From assembly GCF_003790525.1 (NCBI RefSeq), contig NZ_CP033635.1: a stretch of 64,000 nt of DNA. One strand, written 5' to 3'. Shown here in pieces: positions 1 to 12,521 of the stretch. Positions within the stretch are counted from its first letter, which is position 1. Each line of letters starts with the position of its first letter. The notes below the pieces were generated by a model, which was given only the letters and a program-made list of their open reading frames with translations, was not told the DNA's origin and ran no database searches. Source of the DNA: Escherichia coli. Its GTDB lineage: Bacteria > Pseudomonadota > Gammaproteobacteria > Enterobacterales > Enterobacteriaceae. The position numbers were made by a program, and so were the translations under genes.

Positions 1-797
1 ACCGAAACTCCGTGGTGTAGTGCGTTTGTTGGTGCGGTGTTCCCTGCGCCAGCGGGGATAAACCGTTGGTATTAACGGGAATGTAGTCACTCCAGGAGTG
101 TTCCCTGCGCCAGCGGGGATAAACCGGCGATCGTATTTTCCGCTACGTCGCTCAAATGGTGTTCCCTGCGCCAGCGGGGATAAACCGTCGTTGATGGTGT
201 GATGAGTGTACAAAAAAAAGTGTTCCCTGCGCCAGCGGGGATAAACCGACGACTGAATCCGGCGAGGCTATCAACTGGCCGTGTTCCCTGCGCCAGCGGG
301 GATAAACCGCCGCACACGTCGAGCTGGTGGGGATTAATGCTGTGTTCCCTGCGCCAGCGGGGATAAACCGCAGTAAACGTTCGCGCGTTCTCGCGCTCAC
401 GAGTGTTCCCTGCGCCAGCGGGGATAAACCCTCTGTGTATTCGCTACCAGCCAGCACCGGTACGTGTTCCCTGCGCCAGCGGGGATAAACCGCAGGGTAA
501 CTGGCTGCTCCTCAACCATTCCGCGTGTTCCCCGCGCCAGCGGGGATAAACCGGGGTTTTAGCGACCGGACCAGAGTACGCAACAGTGTTCCCCGCGCCA
601 GCGGGGATAAACCGTTGCGCCTTAAGTTCCTTAACTTCCTCTGTATGTGTTCCCCGCGCCAGCGGGGATAAACCGGGAGTGATGAATTGGAAGTAACGGA
701 TAACCGCGTGTTCCCTGCGCCAGCGGGGATAAACCGGACGCACTGGATGCGATGATGGATATCACTTAGAGTTCCCCCCGCCCCTGCGGTAGAACTC
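1..797 (+). CRISPR. Type I-E CRISPR array, iap-proximal (distal) end; 13 repeats in window including a degenerate terminal repeat; truncated by window start
   Basis: 29-bp repeat GTGTTCCC(T/C)GCGCCAGCGGGGATAAACCG at a strict 61-bp period starting at 37,98,159,220,281,342,403,464,525,586,647,708; 32-bp unique spacers; degenerate repeat GAGTTCCCCCCGCCCCTGCGGTAGAACTC at 769-797; positions 1-36 are the end of a further repeat plus one spacer. Confidence 0.97.
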
Positions 798-819
798 CCA
801 GCTCCCATTTTCAAACCCA

Positions 820-1857
820 TCAAGACGCCTTCGCCAGCTCTTTCACCAGAGGTAGCATTATCCGCATAACGTCACGGCAGCGACGTTCTATTCTTCCAGG
901 AAGTGCCTTATCAATATGTTGTTGATTATCCAGTCTTACGTCATGCCAGCTATTTCCCGCAGGGAATGCAGCTGTTTTTGCGCGTTGCTGATAACCATCC
1001 TTATTTCCAAGATTCCAGTTGGTCGCCTCCACCGAAAGTACCGCAATACCGGCTTTGTCGAAAACTTCGGCGTCATTACAACAGCCAGTACCCTTCGGAT
1101 AATTTTTATTCAAACCCGGATTGGTCGTTGCGGCAATTCCATGACTACGCGCAATTGCCAGCGCCCTGTCGCGCGTTAATTTCCTTACTGCTTCAGGGGT
1201 TTTTACACCGCTGTTGAAATACAATTTATCGCCAACAATTAAGTTATCGAGATTAATCACCAGCAGTGTATTTTTCTTTTCGGAGTCACTCATCCGCTTG
1301 AGTAAATTCTCAGCGCCTAATTTCCCTTCCTCTTCGCCGCTGGTCGCCACAAATCGAATACCATACTCGGTAGGCGTATTTTTCAGGCGTTCTGCCAATT
1401 CCAGCATGACACCTAAACCTGCGGCGTTATCATCCATTCCTTGTAACGTCAGCCCGCCGAGATTGGCATCGGCGTCAGCATCGCTCAGCGGGGCGTAAGT
1501 ATCCAGATGCGCCATAATGATGATCTGCTGCGGCGCTTTGCCTTCATGAGCGGCAATCACCGTACTTCCCGTCACGTTATGCCAGCTCTTGCGATTATCG
1601 CGGGCGGTATAAATATACCGACTATTAAATGTCCGAATATCACTGCGATAACCCATTTGCTGAAACTGTTGGCGAATATAATCGGCAGATAACATTTCTG
1701 CTGGAGTTCCGGTCATGCGTCCCGGAAAGAAAGTAGCAATATGTCGTGCCTGGGTATTAGCAAAATCGCCAGGTTTAGGTGACGAGGCGTGTACGGGGAG
1801 AATAAAGCATACGCCGAGCGCCAGGGCAGCGGTACGGTGGCGCAATGCGGAAAACAT
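820..1857 (-). CDS. iap: Alkaline phosphatase isozyme conversion aminopeptidase
   Basis: 345-aa ORF, N-terminus MFSALRHRTAALALGVCFILPVHA with signal peptide; recognised as E. coli Iap; lies next to the CRISPR array as in E. coli. Confidence 0.93.
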   Translation of the reverse strand: MFSALRHRTAALALGVCFILPVHASSPKPGDFANTQARHIATFFPGRMTGTPAEMLSADYIRQQFQQMGYRSDIRTFNSRYIYTARDNRKSWHNVTGSTVIAAHEGKAPQQIIIMAHLDTYAPLSDADADANLGGLTLQGMDDNAAGLGVMLELAERLKNTPTEYGIRFVATSGEEEGKLGAENLLKRMSDSEKKNTLLVINLDNLIVGDKLYFNSGVKTPEAVRKLTRDRALAIARSHGIAATTNPGLNKNYPKGTGCCNDAEVFDKAGIAVLSVEATNWNLGNKDGYQQRAKTAAFPAGNSWHDVRLDNQQHIDKALPGRIERRCRDVMRIMLPLVKELAKAS

Positions 1858-2108
1858 AGTGAGTCCTTAAATACCATGCAAATTTTTTTACCGCCATAGT
1901 ATGAAACTGCCGCTGCGCTAAAACAATTTCAAATCTTCCTAAACGCCCGAAATCCGGTGCCTTAAGCACTTTTTGATATTAGCTTTGCCAAATCGTTATT
2001 CCGTTAAGGAACTACTCATTCTAATTGGTAATTTCATTCGTTCTCTTACGCTCCCTATAGTCGAAACATCTGATGGCAAGAAAATAGCGGTATTGCAAAG
2101 GAACGGTT

Positions 2109-3017
2109 ATGGATCAAATACGACTTACTCACCTGCGGCAACTGGAGGCGGAAAGCATCCACATTATTCGCGAGGTGGCGGCAGAATTCTCAAATCCGGT
2201 GATGCTCTACTCTATCGGTAAAGATTCCAGCGTCATGCTGCATCTGGCGCGCAAGGCGTTTTATCCAGGTACGCTGCCTTTCCCGTTGCTGCATGTCGAT
2301 ACCGGCTGGAAATTCCGCGAGATGTATGAGTTCCGCGATCGTACGGCGAAAGCCTACGGCTGCGAGCTGCTGGTGCATAAAAACCCGGAAGGCGTGGCGA
2401 TGGGGATTAATCCATTCGTACACGGCAGCGCGAAACATACCGATATTATGAAAACTGAAGGCCTGAAACAGGCGCTGAACAAATACGGTTTTGATGCCGC
2501 CTTCGGTGGTGCGCGCCGTGACGAAGAGAAATCCCGCGCTAAAGAGCGAATCTACTCTTTCCGTGACCGCTTCCATCGCTGGGATCCGAAAAATCAGCGC
2601 CCGGAGCTGTGGCACAACTACAACGGGCAAATTAACAAAGGCGAAAGCATCCGCGTCTTCCCGCTCTCTAACTGGACCGAGCAGGATATCTGGCAATACA
2701 TCTGGCTGGAAAATATCGACATTGTGCCGCTGTATCTCGCTGCGGAACGTCCGGTTCTGGAACGCGACGGTATGTTGATGATGATTGATGACAACCGTAT
2801 CGACCTGCAACCGGGCGAAGTGATTAAAAAACGGATGGTGCGTTTCCGTACGCTGGGCTGCTGGCCGCTGACCGGTGCGGTGGAGTCAAATGCACAAACA
2901 CTGCCGGAGATCATCGAAGAGATGCTGGTTTCCACCACCAGTGAACGTCAGGGCCGCGTGATTGACCGCGACCAGGCGGGGTCTATGGAGCTGAAAAAAC
3001 GTCAGGGGTATTTTTAA
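2109..3017 (+). CDS. cysD: Sulfate adenylyltransferase subunit 2
   Basis: 302-aa ORF, ATG at 2109, recognised CysD sequence; followed closely by cysN. Confidence 0.95.
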   Translation: MDQIRLTHLRQLEAESIHIIREVAAEFSNPVMLYSIGKDSSVMLHLARKAFYPGTLPFPLLHVDTGWKFREMYEFRDRTAKAYGCELLVHKNPEGVAMGINPFVHGSAKHTDIMKTEGLKQALNKYGFDAAFGGARRDEEKSRAKERIYSFRDRFHRWDPKNQRPELWHNYNGQINKGESIRVFPLSNWTEQDIWQYIWLENIDIVPLYLAAERPVLERDGMLMMIDDNRIDLQPGEVIKKRMVRFRTLGCWPLTGAVESNAQTLPEIIEEMLVSTTSERQGRVIDRDQAGSMELKKRQGYF

Positions 3018-3018
3018 G

Positions 3019-4446
3019 ATGAACACCGCACTTGCACAACAAATCGCCAATGAAGGCGGCGTCGAAGCCTGGATGATTGCGCAACAACATAAAAGCCTGC
3101 TGCGTTTTCTGACCTGTGGTAGCGTCGATGACGGCAAAAGTACCCTGATTGGTCGCCTGCTACACGATACCCGCCAAATCTACGAAGATCAGCTCTCATC
3201 GCTGCATAACGACAGTAAGCGTCACGGCACCCAGGGCGAAAAGCTGGATCTGGCACTGCTGGTGGACGGCCTGCAAGCTGAGCGCGAACAGGGCATCACT
3301 ATTGATGTGGCCTACCGCTATTTCTCTACCGAGAAGCGTAAATTTATTATCGCCGACACCCCAGGGCACGAGCAGTACACCCGCAATATGGCGACTGGCG
3401 CATCGACATGTGAACTGGCGATCTTACTGATCGATGCCCGTAAAGGCGTGCTCGATCAAACCCGTCGTCACAGTTTTATCTCCACACTGTTGGGGATCAA
3501 ACATCTGGTCGTGGCGATCAACAAAATGGATCTGGTGGATTACAGTGAAGAGACGTTCACCCGTATTCGTGAAGATTATCTGACTTTTGCCGGGCAGCTG
3601 CCGGGTAATCTGGATATCCGCTTTGTGCCGCTCTCCGCACTGGAAGGCGACAACGTGGCTTCGCAAAGTGAAAGTATGCCGTGGTACAGCGGTCCGACAC
3701 TGCTCGAAGTGCTGGAAACCGTGGAGATCCAGCGAGTGGTGGATGCACAGCCTATGCGCTTCCCGGTGCAGTACGTTAACCGCCCGAATCTCGATTTTCG
3801 TGGCTACGCCGGAACGCTGGCATCCGGTCGCGTGGAAGTCGGGCAACGTGTAAAAGTGTTGCCCTCTGGTGTGGAATCAAACGTCGCGCGGATCGTGACT
3901 TTTGATGGCGATCGCGAAGAAGCCTTTGCCGGAGAAGCGATCACCCTGGTGCTGACGGATGAGATCGACATCAGCCGTGGCGATCTGCTGCTGGCGGCAG
4001 ACGAAGCGTTACCGGCTGTGCAGAGCGCGTCGGTGGATGTGGTATGGATGGCGGAACAGCCGCTTTCCCCAGGCCAGAGTTACGACATCAAAATTGCCGG
4101 TAAGAAGACGCGTGCTCGTGTTGATGGCATTCGTTATCAGGTTGATATCAATAACCTTACCCAACGCGAAGTTGAAAACCTGCCGCTGAACGGCATCGGC
4201 CTGGTAGATCTCACCTTTGACGAGCCGCTGGTGTTAGATCGTTATCAGCAAAACCCGGTTACCGGTGGGCTGATTTTTATCGATCGCCTGAGTAATGTGA
4301 CCGTAGGTGCCGGTATGGTGCACGAACCAGTTAGCCAGGCAACTGCTGCGCCATCTGAATTCAGTGCATTCGAACTGGAATTGAATGCCCTGGTTCGCCG
4401 CCATTTCCCGCATTGGGGTGCGCGCGATTTACTGGGAGATAAATAA
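3019..4446 (+). CDS. cysN: Sulfate adenylyltransferase subunit 1 (GTPase)
   Basis: 475-aa ORF with GTPase motifs ([18 protein letters not shown]); start 1 nt after cysD stop. Confidence 0.95.
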
Positions 4447-5051
4447 TGGCTCTGCATGACGAAAACGTCGTCTGGCATAGCCACCCAGTCACTGTGCAAC
4501 AACGCGAGCTACACCACGGTCATCGTGGTGTAGTGCTGTGGTTTACCGGCCTCTCCGGGTCCGGTAAATCAACGGTCGCCGGGGCGCTGGAGGAGGCGTT
4601 ACATAAACTTGGCGTCAGTACGTATCTGCTGGATGGCGACAACGTTCGCCACGGATTATGCAGCGATCTCGGTTTTAGCGATGCCGACCGTAAAGAGAAT
4701 ATCCGTCGCGTCGGTGAAGTGGCGAATTTGATGGTTGAAGCCGGACTGGTGGTGCTGACCGCATTTATCTCGCCACACCGCGCCGAACGCCAGATGGTTC
4801 GCGAACGCGTAGGAGAAGGGCGCTTTATCGAAGTGTTTGTCGATACGCCGCTGGCGATTTGCGAAGCCCGCGATCCAAAAGGCTTATATAAGAAAGCGCG
4901 TGCCGGTGAACTGCGTAACTTTACGGGAATAGATTCTGTTTACGAAGCGCCTGAATCGGCAGAAATTCATCTCAATGGTGAACAATTAGTAACAAATTTG
5001 GTACAGCAATTATTAGATCTGTTGAGACAGAACGATATTATCAGATCCTGA
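4446..5051 (+). CDS. cysC: Adenylylsulfate (APS) kinase
   Basis: 201-aa ORF with P-loop GLSGSGKST; ATAATGG stop/start overlap with cysN. Confidence 0.95.
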
Positions 5052-5100
5052 GACACCACCGGGTTTCCATGCCCGGTTCGTCAAAGTAACAGGATCAAAT

Positions 5101-5424
5101 ATGCGTAATAGCCATAACATTACACTAACAAATAACGACAGCCTTACTGAGGATGAAGAAACCACATGGTCACTGCCTGGTGCCGTGGTCGGTTTTATCT
5201 CATGGTTATTTGCGCTGGCGATGCCGATGTTGATTTATGGCTCTAACACGCTGTTCTTCTTTATCTACACCTGGCCTTTCTTTCTGGCACTGATGCCTGT
5301 CGCGGTAGTGGTGGGGATTGCGCTGCATTCATTGATGGACGGAAAGCTACGCTACAGTATTGTTTTCACCCTGGTGACAGTAGGCATTATGTTTGGCGCA
5401 CTGTTTATGTGGCTACTGGGCTAA
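5101..5424 (+). CDS. ygbE: Inner membrane protein YgbE (DUF3561)
   Basis: 107-aa hydrophobic ORF in the conserved position between cysC and ftsB. Confidence 0.85.
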   Translation: MRNSHNITLTNNDSLTEDEETTWSLPGAVVGFISWLFALAMPMLIYGSNTLFFFIYTWPFFLALMPVAVVVGIALHSLMDGKLRYSIVFTLVTVGIMFGALFMWLLG

Positions 5425-5617
5425 TTTGTACTTTCTTGTCTCCTCTGTTCATAATTCAAACCGTAACTAATAATGAGATTATGTTCTGCACGCCCTGGGT
5501 ATACGTAACAATGGACAAATGTGGTACATTTGCCCGCGTTGTCGCGGTATCCCCAACAGAGGATGTAGAGTCGTCTTCGGATGCATGGGATGATGATGCC
5601 GTTTTTCAGGGGGCAGG

Positions 5618-5929
5618 ATGGGTAAACTAACGCTGCTGTTGCTGGCTATTCTGGTCTGGCTACAGTATTCGCTGTGGTTCGGTAAGAACGGTATACATGA
5701 CTATACCCGCGTCAATGATGATGTGGCGGCACAGCAAGCTACAAACGCTAAACTTAAAGCGCGAAACGATCAACTTTTTGCCGAAATTGACGATCTCAAT
5801 GGCGGCCAGGAGGCGCTCGAAGAGCGTGCGCGTAATGAACTCAGCATGACCAGGCCGGGCGAAACTTTTTATCGTCTGGTGCCTGACGCGTCGAAGCGCG
5901 CACAGTCTGCGGGGCAAAACAATCGATAA
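5618..5929 (+). CDS. ftsB: Cell division protein FtsB
   Basis: 103-aa ORF, N-terminal TM segment then coiled coil; recognised FtsB sequence. Confidence 0.93.
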
Positions 5930-5947
5930 ATCAGCCCAGGAATTAAC

Positions 5948-6658
5948 ATGGCAACCACTCATTTGGATGTTTGCGCCGTGGTTCCGGCGGCCGGATTTGG
6001 CCGTCGAATGCAAACGGAATGTCCTAAGCAATATCTCTCAATCGGTAATCAAACCATTCTTGAACACTCGGTGCATGCGCTGCTGGCGCATCCCCGGGTG
6101 ACACGTGTCGTCATTGCCATAAGTCCTGGCGATAGCCGTTTTGCAAAACTTCCTCTGGCGAATCATCCGCAAATCACCGTTGTAGATGGCGGTGATGAGC
6201 GTGCCGATTCCGTGCTGGCAGGTTTGAAAGCCGCTGGCGACGCGCAGTGGGTATTGGTGCATGATGCCGCTCGTCCTTGTCTGCATCAGGATGACCTCGC
6301 GCGATTGTTGGCGTTGAGCGAAACCAGCCGCACGGGAGGGATCCTCGCCGCACCAGTGCGCGATACGATGAAACGTGCCGAACCGGGCAAAAATGCCATT
6401 GCTCATACCGTTGATCGCAACGGCTTATGGCACGCGCTGACGCCGCAATTTTTCCCTCGTGAGCTGTTACATGACTGTCTGACGCGTGCTCTAAATGAAG
6501 GCGCGACTATTACTGACGAAGCCTCGGCGCTGGAATATTGCGGATTTCATCCGCAGTTGGTCGAAGGCCGCGCGGATAACATTAAAGTCACGCGCCCGGA
6601 GGATTTGGCGCTGGCCGAATTTTACCTCACCCGAACCATCCATCAGGAGAATACATAA
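5948..6658 (+). CDS. ispD: 2-C-methyl-D-erythritol 4-phosphate cytidylyltransferase
   Basis: 236-aa ORF, recognised IspD; overlaps ispF start. Confidence 0.95.
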
Positions 6659-7137
6659 TGCGAATTGGACACGGTTTTGACGTACACGCCTTTGGCGGTG
6701 AAGGCCCAATTATCATTGGTGGCGTGCGCATTCCTTACGAAAAAGGGCTGCTGGCGCATTCTGATGGCGACGTGGCGCTCCATGCGTTGACCGATGCATT
6801 GCTTGGCGCGGCGGCGCTGGGGGATATCGGCAAACTGTTCCCGGATACCGATCCGGCATTTAAAGGTGCCGACAGCCGCGAGCTGTTGCGCGAAGCCTGG
6901 CGTCGTATTCAGGCGAAAGGTTATGCCCTCGGCAACGTCGATGTCACTATCATCGCTCAGGCACCGAAGATGTTGCCGCACATTCCACAAATGCGCGTGT
7001 TTATTGCCGAAGATCTCGGCTGCCATATGGATGATGTTAACGTGAAAGCCACTACTACGGAAAAACTGGGATTTACCGGACGTGGGGAAGGGATTGCCTG
7101 TGAAGCGGTGGCGCTACTCATTAAGGCAACGAAATGA
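6658..7137 (+). CDS. ispF: 2-C-methyl-D-erythritol 2,4-cyclodiphosphate synthase
   Basis: 159-aa ORF, recognised IspF. Confidence 0.95.
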
Positions 7138-8163
7138 TTGAGTTCGATAATCTCACTTACCTCCACGGCAAACCGCAAGGCACCGGGCTGCTGAAAGCGA
7201 ATCCGGAAGACTTTGTGGTGGTGGAAGATTTGGGCTTTGAGCCTGATGGTGAAGGTGAGCATATTCTGGTTAGAATCCTCAAAAACGGCTGCAATACCCG
7301 TTTTGTGGCGGATGCACTGGCGAAATTCCTGAAAATTCATGCCCGTGAAGTCAGCTTCGCTGGGCAAAAAGATAAACATGCTGTTACGGAACAGTGGTTA
7401 TGCGCTCGCGTGCCGGGCAAAGAGATGCCCGATCTGAGCGCCTTTCAACTGGAAGGCTGCCAGGTGCTGGAGTATGCGCGGCACAAGCGCAAGCTGCGTT
7501 TAGGGGCGCTGAAAGGTAACGCCTTTACCCTGGTACTACGCGAAGTGAGCAATCGCGATGACGTTGAACAACGTCTGATCGATATTTGCGTAAAAGGTGT
7601 ACCGAACTACTTCGGTGCCCAACGTTTTGGGATTGGCGGTAGCAACTTGCAGGGCGCGCTGCGCTGGGCGCAAACCAATACTCCGGTGCGCGATCGCAAT
7701 AAACGGAGTTTTTGGTTGTCGGCAGCCCGCAGTGCGTTGTTTAATCAGATTGTTGCTGAGCGCCTCAAAAAAGCAGACGTTAATCAAGTTGTTGACGGCG
7801 ATGCGCTACAATTAGCCGGACGTGGTAGCTGGTTTGTTGCAACCACCGAAGAAGTGGCGGAATTACAGCGTCGCGTCAACGATAAAGAGCTAATGATAAC
7901 CGCCGCATTGCCGGGCAGTGGCGAATGGGGAACTCAGCGTGAAGCGCTGGCATTCGAACAAGCAGCTGTCGCCGCAGAAACTGAATTACAAGCTTTACTG
8001 GTGCGCGAAAAAGTTGAAGCCGCGCGCAGAGCGATGCTGCTGTATCCGCAACAATTAAGCTGGAACTGGTGGGATGACGTCACCGTAGAAATCCGTTTCT
8101 GGCTTCCGGCGGGTAGTTTTGCAACCAGCGTTGTCAGGGAACTTATCAACACAACAGGTGATT

Positions 8164-8183
<20 letters not shown>
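7134..8183 (+). CDS. truD: tRNA pseudouridine(13) synthase
   Basis: 349-aa ORF, recognised TruD; 4-bp overlap with ispF. Confidence 0.93.
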
Positions 8184-9545
<1,362 letters not shown>

Positions 9546-9684
9546 AACGTGAGGAAATACCTGGATTTTTCCTGGTTATTTTGCCGCAGGTCAGCGTATC
9601 GTGAACATCTTTTCCAGTGTTCAGTATGGTGCCTTGCACGGTAATTATGTCACTGGTTATTAACCAATTTTTCCTGGGGGATAA

Positions 9685-10824
9685 ATGAGCGCGGGAAGCC
9701 CAAAATTCACCGTTCGCCGCATTGCGGCTTTGTCACTGGTTTCGCTATGGCTGGCAGGCTGTTCTGACACTTCAAATCCACCGGCCCCGGTCAGCTCCGT
9801 TAATGGCAATGCGCCTGCAAATACCAATTCTGGTATGTTGATTACGCCGCCGCCGAAAATGGGGACGACGTCTACAGCGCAGCAACCGCAAATTCAGCCG
9901 GTACAGCAGCCACAAATTCAGGCCACTCAACAACCGCAAATCCAGCCGGTGCAGCCAGTAGCTCAGCAGCCGGTACAGATGGAAAACGGACGCATCGTCT
10001 ATAACCGTCAGTATGGGAACATTCCGAAAGGCAGTTATAGCGGCAGTACCTATACAGTGAAAAAAGGCGACACACTTTTCTATATCGCCTGGATTACTGG
10101 CAACGATTTCCGTGACCTTGCTCAGCGCAACAATATTCAGGCACCATATGCGCTGAACGTCGGTCAGACCTTACAGGTGGGGAATGCTTCCGGTACGCCA
10201 ATCACTGGCGGAAATGCCATTACCCAGGCCGACGCAGCAGAGCAAGGAGTTGTGATCAAGCCTGCACAAAATTCCACCGTTGCTGTTGCTTCGCAACCGA
10301 CAATTACGTATTCTGAGTCTTCGGGTGAACAGAGTGCTAACAAAATGTTGCCGAACAACAAGCCAACTGCGACCACGGTCACAGCGCCTGTAACGGTACC
10401 AACAGCAAGCACAACCGAGCCGACTGTCAGCAGTACATCAACCAGTACGCCTATCTCCACCTGGCGCTGGCCGACTGAGGGCAAAGTGATCGAAACCTTT
10501 GGCGCTTCTGAGGGGGGCAACAAGGGGATTGATATCGCAGGCAGCAAAGGACAGGCAATTATCGCGACTGCAGATGGCCGCGTTGTTTATGCCGGTAACG
10601 CGCTGCGCGGCTACGGTAATCTGATTATCATCAAACATAATGATGATTACCTGAGTGCCTACGCCCATAACGACACAATGCTGGTCCGGGAACAACAAGA
10701 AGTGAAGGCGGGGCAAAAAATAGCAACCATGGGTAGCACCGGAACCAGTTCAACACGCTTGCATTTTGAAATTCGTTACAAGGGGAAATCCGTAAACCCG
10801 CTGCGTTATTTGCCGCAGCGATAA
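9685..10824 (+). CDS. nlpD: Murein hydrolase activator lipoprotein NlpD (LysM + M23 domains)
   Basis: 379-aa ORF, lipobox LAGC, Q/P-rich linker, LysM and C-terminal M23 region; recognised NlpD. Confidence 0.95.
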   Translation: MSAGSPKFTVRRIAALSLVSLWLAGCSDTSNPPAPVSSVNGNAPANTNSGMLITPPPKMGTTSTAQQPQIQPVQQPQIQATQQPQIQPVQPVAQQPVQMENGRIVYNRQYGNIPKGSYSGSTYTVKKGDTLFYIAWITGNDFRDLAQRNNIQAPYALNVGQTLQVGNASGTPITGGNAITQADAAEQGVVIKPAQNSTVAVASQPTITYSESSGEQSANKMLPNNKPTATTVTAPVTVPTASTTEPTVSSTSTSTPISTWRWPTEGKVIETFGASEGGNKGIDIAGSKGQAIIATADGRVVYAGNALRGYGNLIIIKHNDDYLSAYAHNDTMLVREQQEVKAGQKIATMGSTGTSSTRLHFEIRYKGKSVNPLRYLPQR

Positions 10825-10886
10825 ATCGGCGGAACCAGGCTTTTGCTTGAATGTTCCGTCAAGGGATCACGGGTAGGAGCCACCTT

Positions 10887-11879
10887 ATGAGTCAGAATAC
10901 GCTGAAAGTTCATGATTTAAATGAAGATGCGGAATTTGATGAGAACGGAGTTGAGGTTTTTGACGAAAAGGCCTTAGTAGAAGAGGAACCCAGTGATAAC
11001 GATTTGGCCGAAGAGGAACTGTTATCGCAGGGAGCCACACAGCGTGTGCTGGACGCGACTCAGCTTTACCTTGGTGAGATTGGTTATTCACCACTGTTAA
11101 CGGCCGAAGAAGAAGTTTATTTTGCGCGTCGCGCACTGCGTGGAGATGTTGCCTCTCGCCGCCGGATGATCGAGAGTAACTTGCGTCTGGTGGTAAAAAT
11201 TGCCCGCCGTTATGGCAATCGTGGTCTGGCGTTGCTGGACCTGATCGAAGAGGGCAACCTGGGGCTGATCCGCGCGGTAGAGAAGTTTGACCCGGAACGT
11301 GGTTTCCGCTTCTCAACATACGCAACCTGGTGGATTCGCCAGACGATCGAACGGGCGATTATGAACCAAACCCGTACTATTCGTTTGCCGATTCACATCG
11401 TAAAGGAGCTGAACGTTTACCTGCGAACCGCACGCGAGTTGTCCCATAAACTGGACCATGAACCAAGTGCGGAAGAGATCGCAGAGCAACTGGATAAGCC
11501 AGTTGATGACGTCAGCCGTATGCTTCGTCTTAACGAGCGCATTACCTCGGTAGACACCCCGCTGGGTGGTGATTCCGAAAAAGCGTTGCTGGACATCCTG
11601 GCCGATGAAAAAGAGAACGGTCCGGAAGATACCACGCAAGATGACGATATGAAGCAGAGCATCGTCAAATGGCTGTTCGAGCTGAACGCCAAACAGCGTG
11701 AAGTGCTGGCACGTCGATTCGGTTTGCTGGGGTACGAAGCGGCAACACTGGAAGATGTAGGTCGTGAAATTGGCCTCACCCGTGAACGTGTTCGCCAGAT
11801 TCAGGTTGAAGGCCTGCGCCGTTTGCGCGAAATCCTGCAAACGCAGGGGCTGAATATCGAAGCGCTGTTCCGCGAATAA
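10887..11879 (+). CDS. rpoS: RNA polymerase sigma factor RpoS (sigma-38), full length
   Basis: ORF track start 10851 trimmed to ATG 10887 ([11 protein letters not shown]...), 330 aa; codon 33 is GAG (Glu). Confidence 0.96.
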   Translation: MSQNTLKVHDLNEDAEFDENGVEVFDEKALVEEEPSDNDLAEEELLSQGATQRVLDATQLYLGEIGYSPLLTAEEEVYFARRALRGDVASRRRMIESNLRLVVKIARRYGNRGLALLDLIEEGNLGLIRAVEKFDPERGFRFSTYATWWIRQTIERAIMNQTRTIRLPIHIVKELNVYLRTARELSHKLDHEPSAEEIAEQLDKPVDDVSRMLRLNERITSVDTPLGGDSEKALLDILADEKENGPEDTTQDDDMKQSIVKWLFELNAKQREVLARRFGLLGYEAATLEDVGREIGLTRERVRQIQVEGLRRLREILQTQGLNIEALFRE

Positions 11880-11895
11880 GTAAGCATCTGTCAGA

Positions 11896-11930
11896 AAGGC
11901 CAGTCTCAAGCGAGGCTGGCCTTTTTCTTT
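11896..11930 (+). terminator. Rho-independent terminator downstream of rpoS
   Basis: GC-rich hairpin AAAGGCCAGTCTCAAGCGAGGCTGGCCTTT followed by a T-tract. Confidence 0.8.
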
Positions 11931-11998
11931 TATTTGGGAGTCGGTGTGTTTTGTCGCCTGGATAAGACACGTCAGCGTCCCACCCGGCAATCAACATC

Positions 11999-12439
11999 CT
12001 ATTTGCTCATCATCTTGCGCACCAGCTGCATAAACAGCTCCTGCTCTTCTGCACTCAAACGCCCCAAAAATTCCTCATCCACACTGTCACCAATCGGTAT
12101 CGCCGCAGCAAGTACCTTTTCTCCTTCGGCAGTCAGCCAGACAAAGCGTCGCCGCTTATCAGCAGAGTCATGTTCTCGTCTGACTAAGCCACGATTTTCC
12201 ATTCGTGCCAACATTTCTGCCAGCGTTGCTTTGGTGCTGACGGCTGCTTCTATCAGTGCCACCTGTTCGATACCAGGTTTATCAGCAATGGCGCGCATCA
12301 CCGCGTACTGTGGTTTGGTCAGATCAGGTAACTCGTGCTGCCAGCGAGCCGTGTGCTGCTGAAAAAGCTGTCGTAACTGATGGAACGCTTTATTTCGTAA
12401 CGCCATGTAAACTCCGGGCAAACTATCTGCCGCTATCAT
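11999..12439 (-). CDS. MarR/SlyA-family transcriptional regulator
   Basis: 146-aa ORF with winged-helix region typical of the MarR family; divergent from the decarboxylase operon. Confidence 0.85.
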   Translation of the reverse strand: MIAADSLPGVYMALRNKAFHQLRQLFQQHTARWQHELPDLTKPQYAVMRAIADKPGIEQVALIEAAVSTKATLAEMLARMENRGLVRREHDSADKRRRFVWLTAEGEKVLAAAIPIGDSVDEEFLGRLSAEEQELFMQLVRKMMSK

Positions 12440-12521
12440 AGCGGTTTTTCAGTGACGAAGAAGATGTTGTTACTTTTCAGCGCTTGCCGCGATGAAAACA
12501 GAGGCGTATTTTAATAATAAC

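Noticed and set aside
1-797. Possibility that the window is from Salmonella because the repeat matches the Salmonella-type consensus
   Set aside because: Gene content (asc operon, srl operon layout, identical E. coli RecA, MutS and RpoS sequences, no SPI-1 between fhlA and mutS) is E. coli.
87-823. Four overlapping minus-strand ORFs (76-103 aa) with repeated GLSPLAQGT and RFIPAGAGNT peptides
   Set aside because: They are translations of the CRISPR repeats; the periodic peptide repeats follow the 61-bp array period and are not coding.
2190-2810. 206-aa ORF antisense to cysD; similar long antisense ORFs at 11313-11990 (vs rpoS), 13539-14264 (vs the UbiD-like gene), 17208-18005 (vs mutS), 29369-30721 (vs hycE), 54326-56143 (vs alaS) and 60006-60563 (vs gshA)
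   Set aside because: Each lies entirely within a well-supported gene on the opposite strand; long antisense frames are expected in GC-rich, codon-biased genes, and none has its own start context or intergenic space.
5409-5630. 73-aa ORF between ygbE and ftsB
   Set aside because: Overlaps the ygbE 3' end and ftsB start, has no convincing ribosome-binding site, and occupies the ftsB promoter region.
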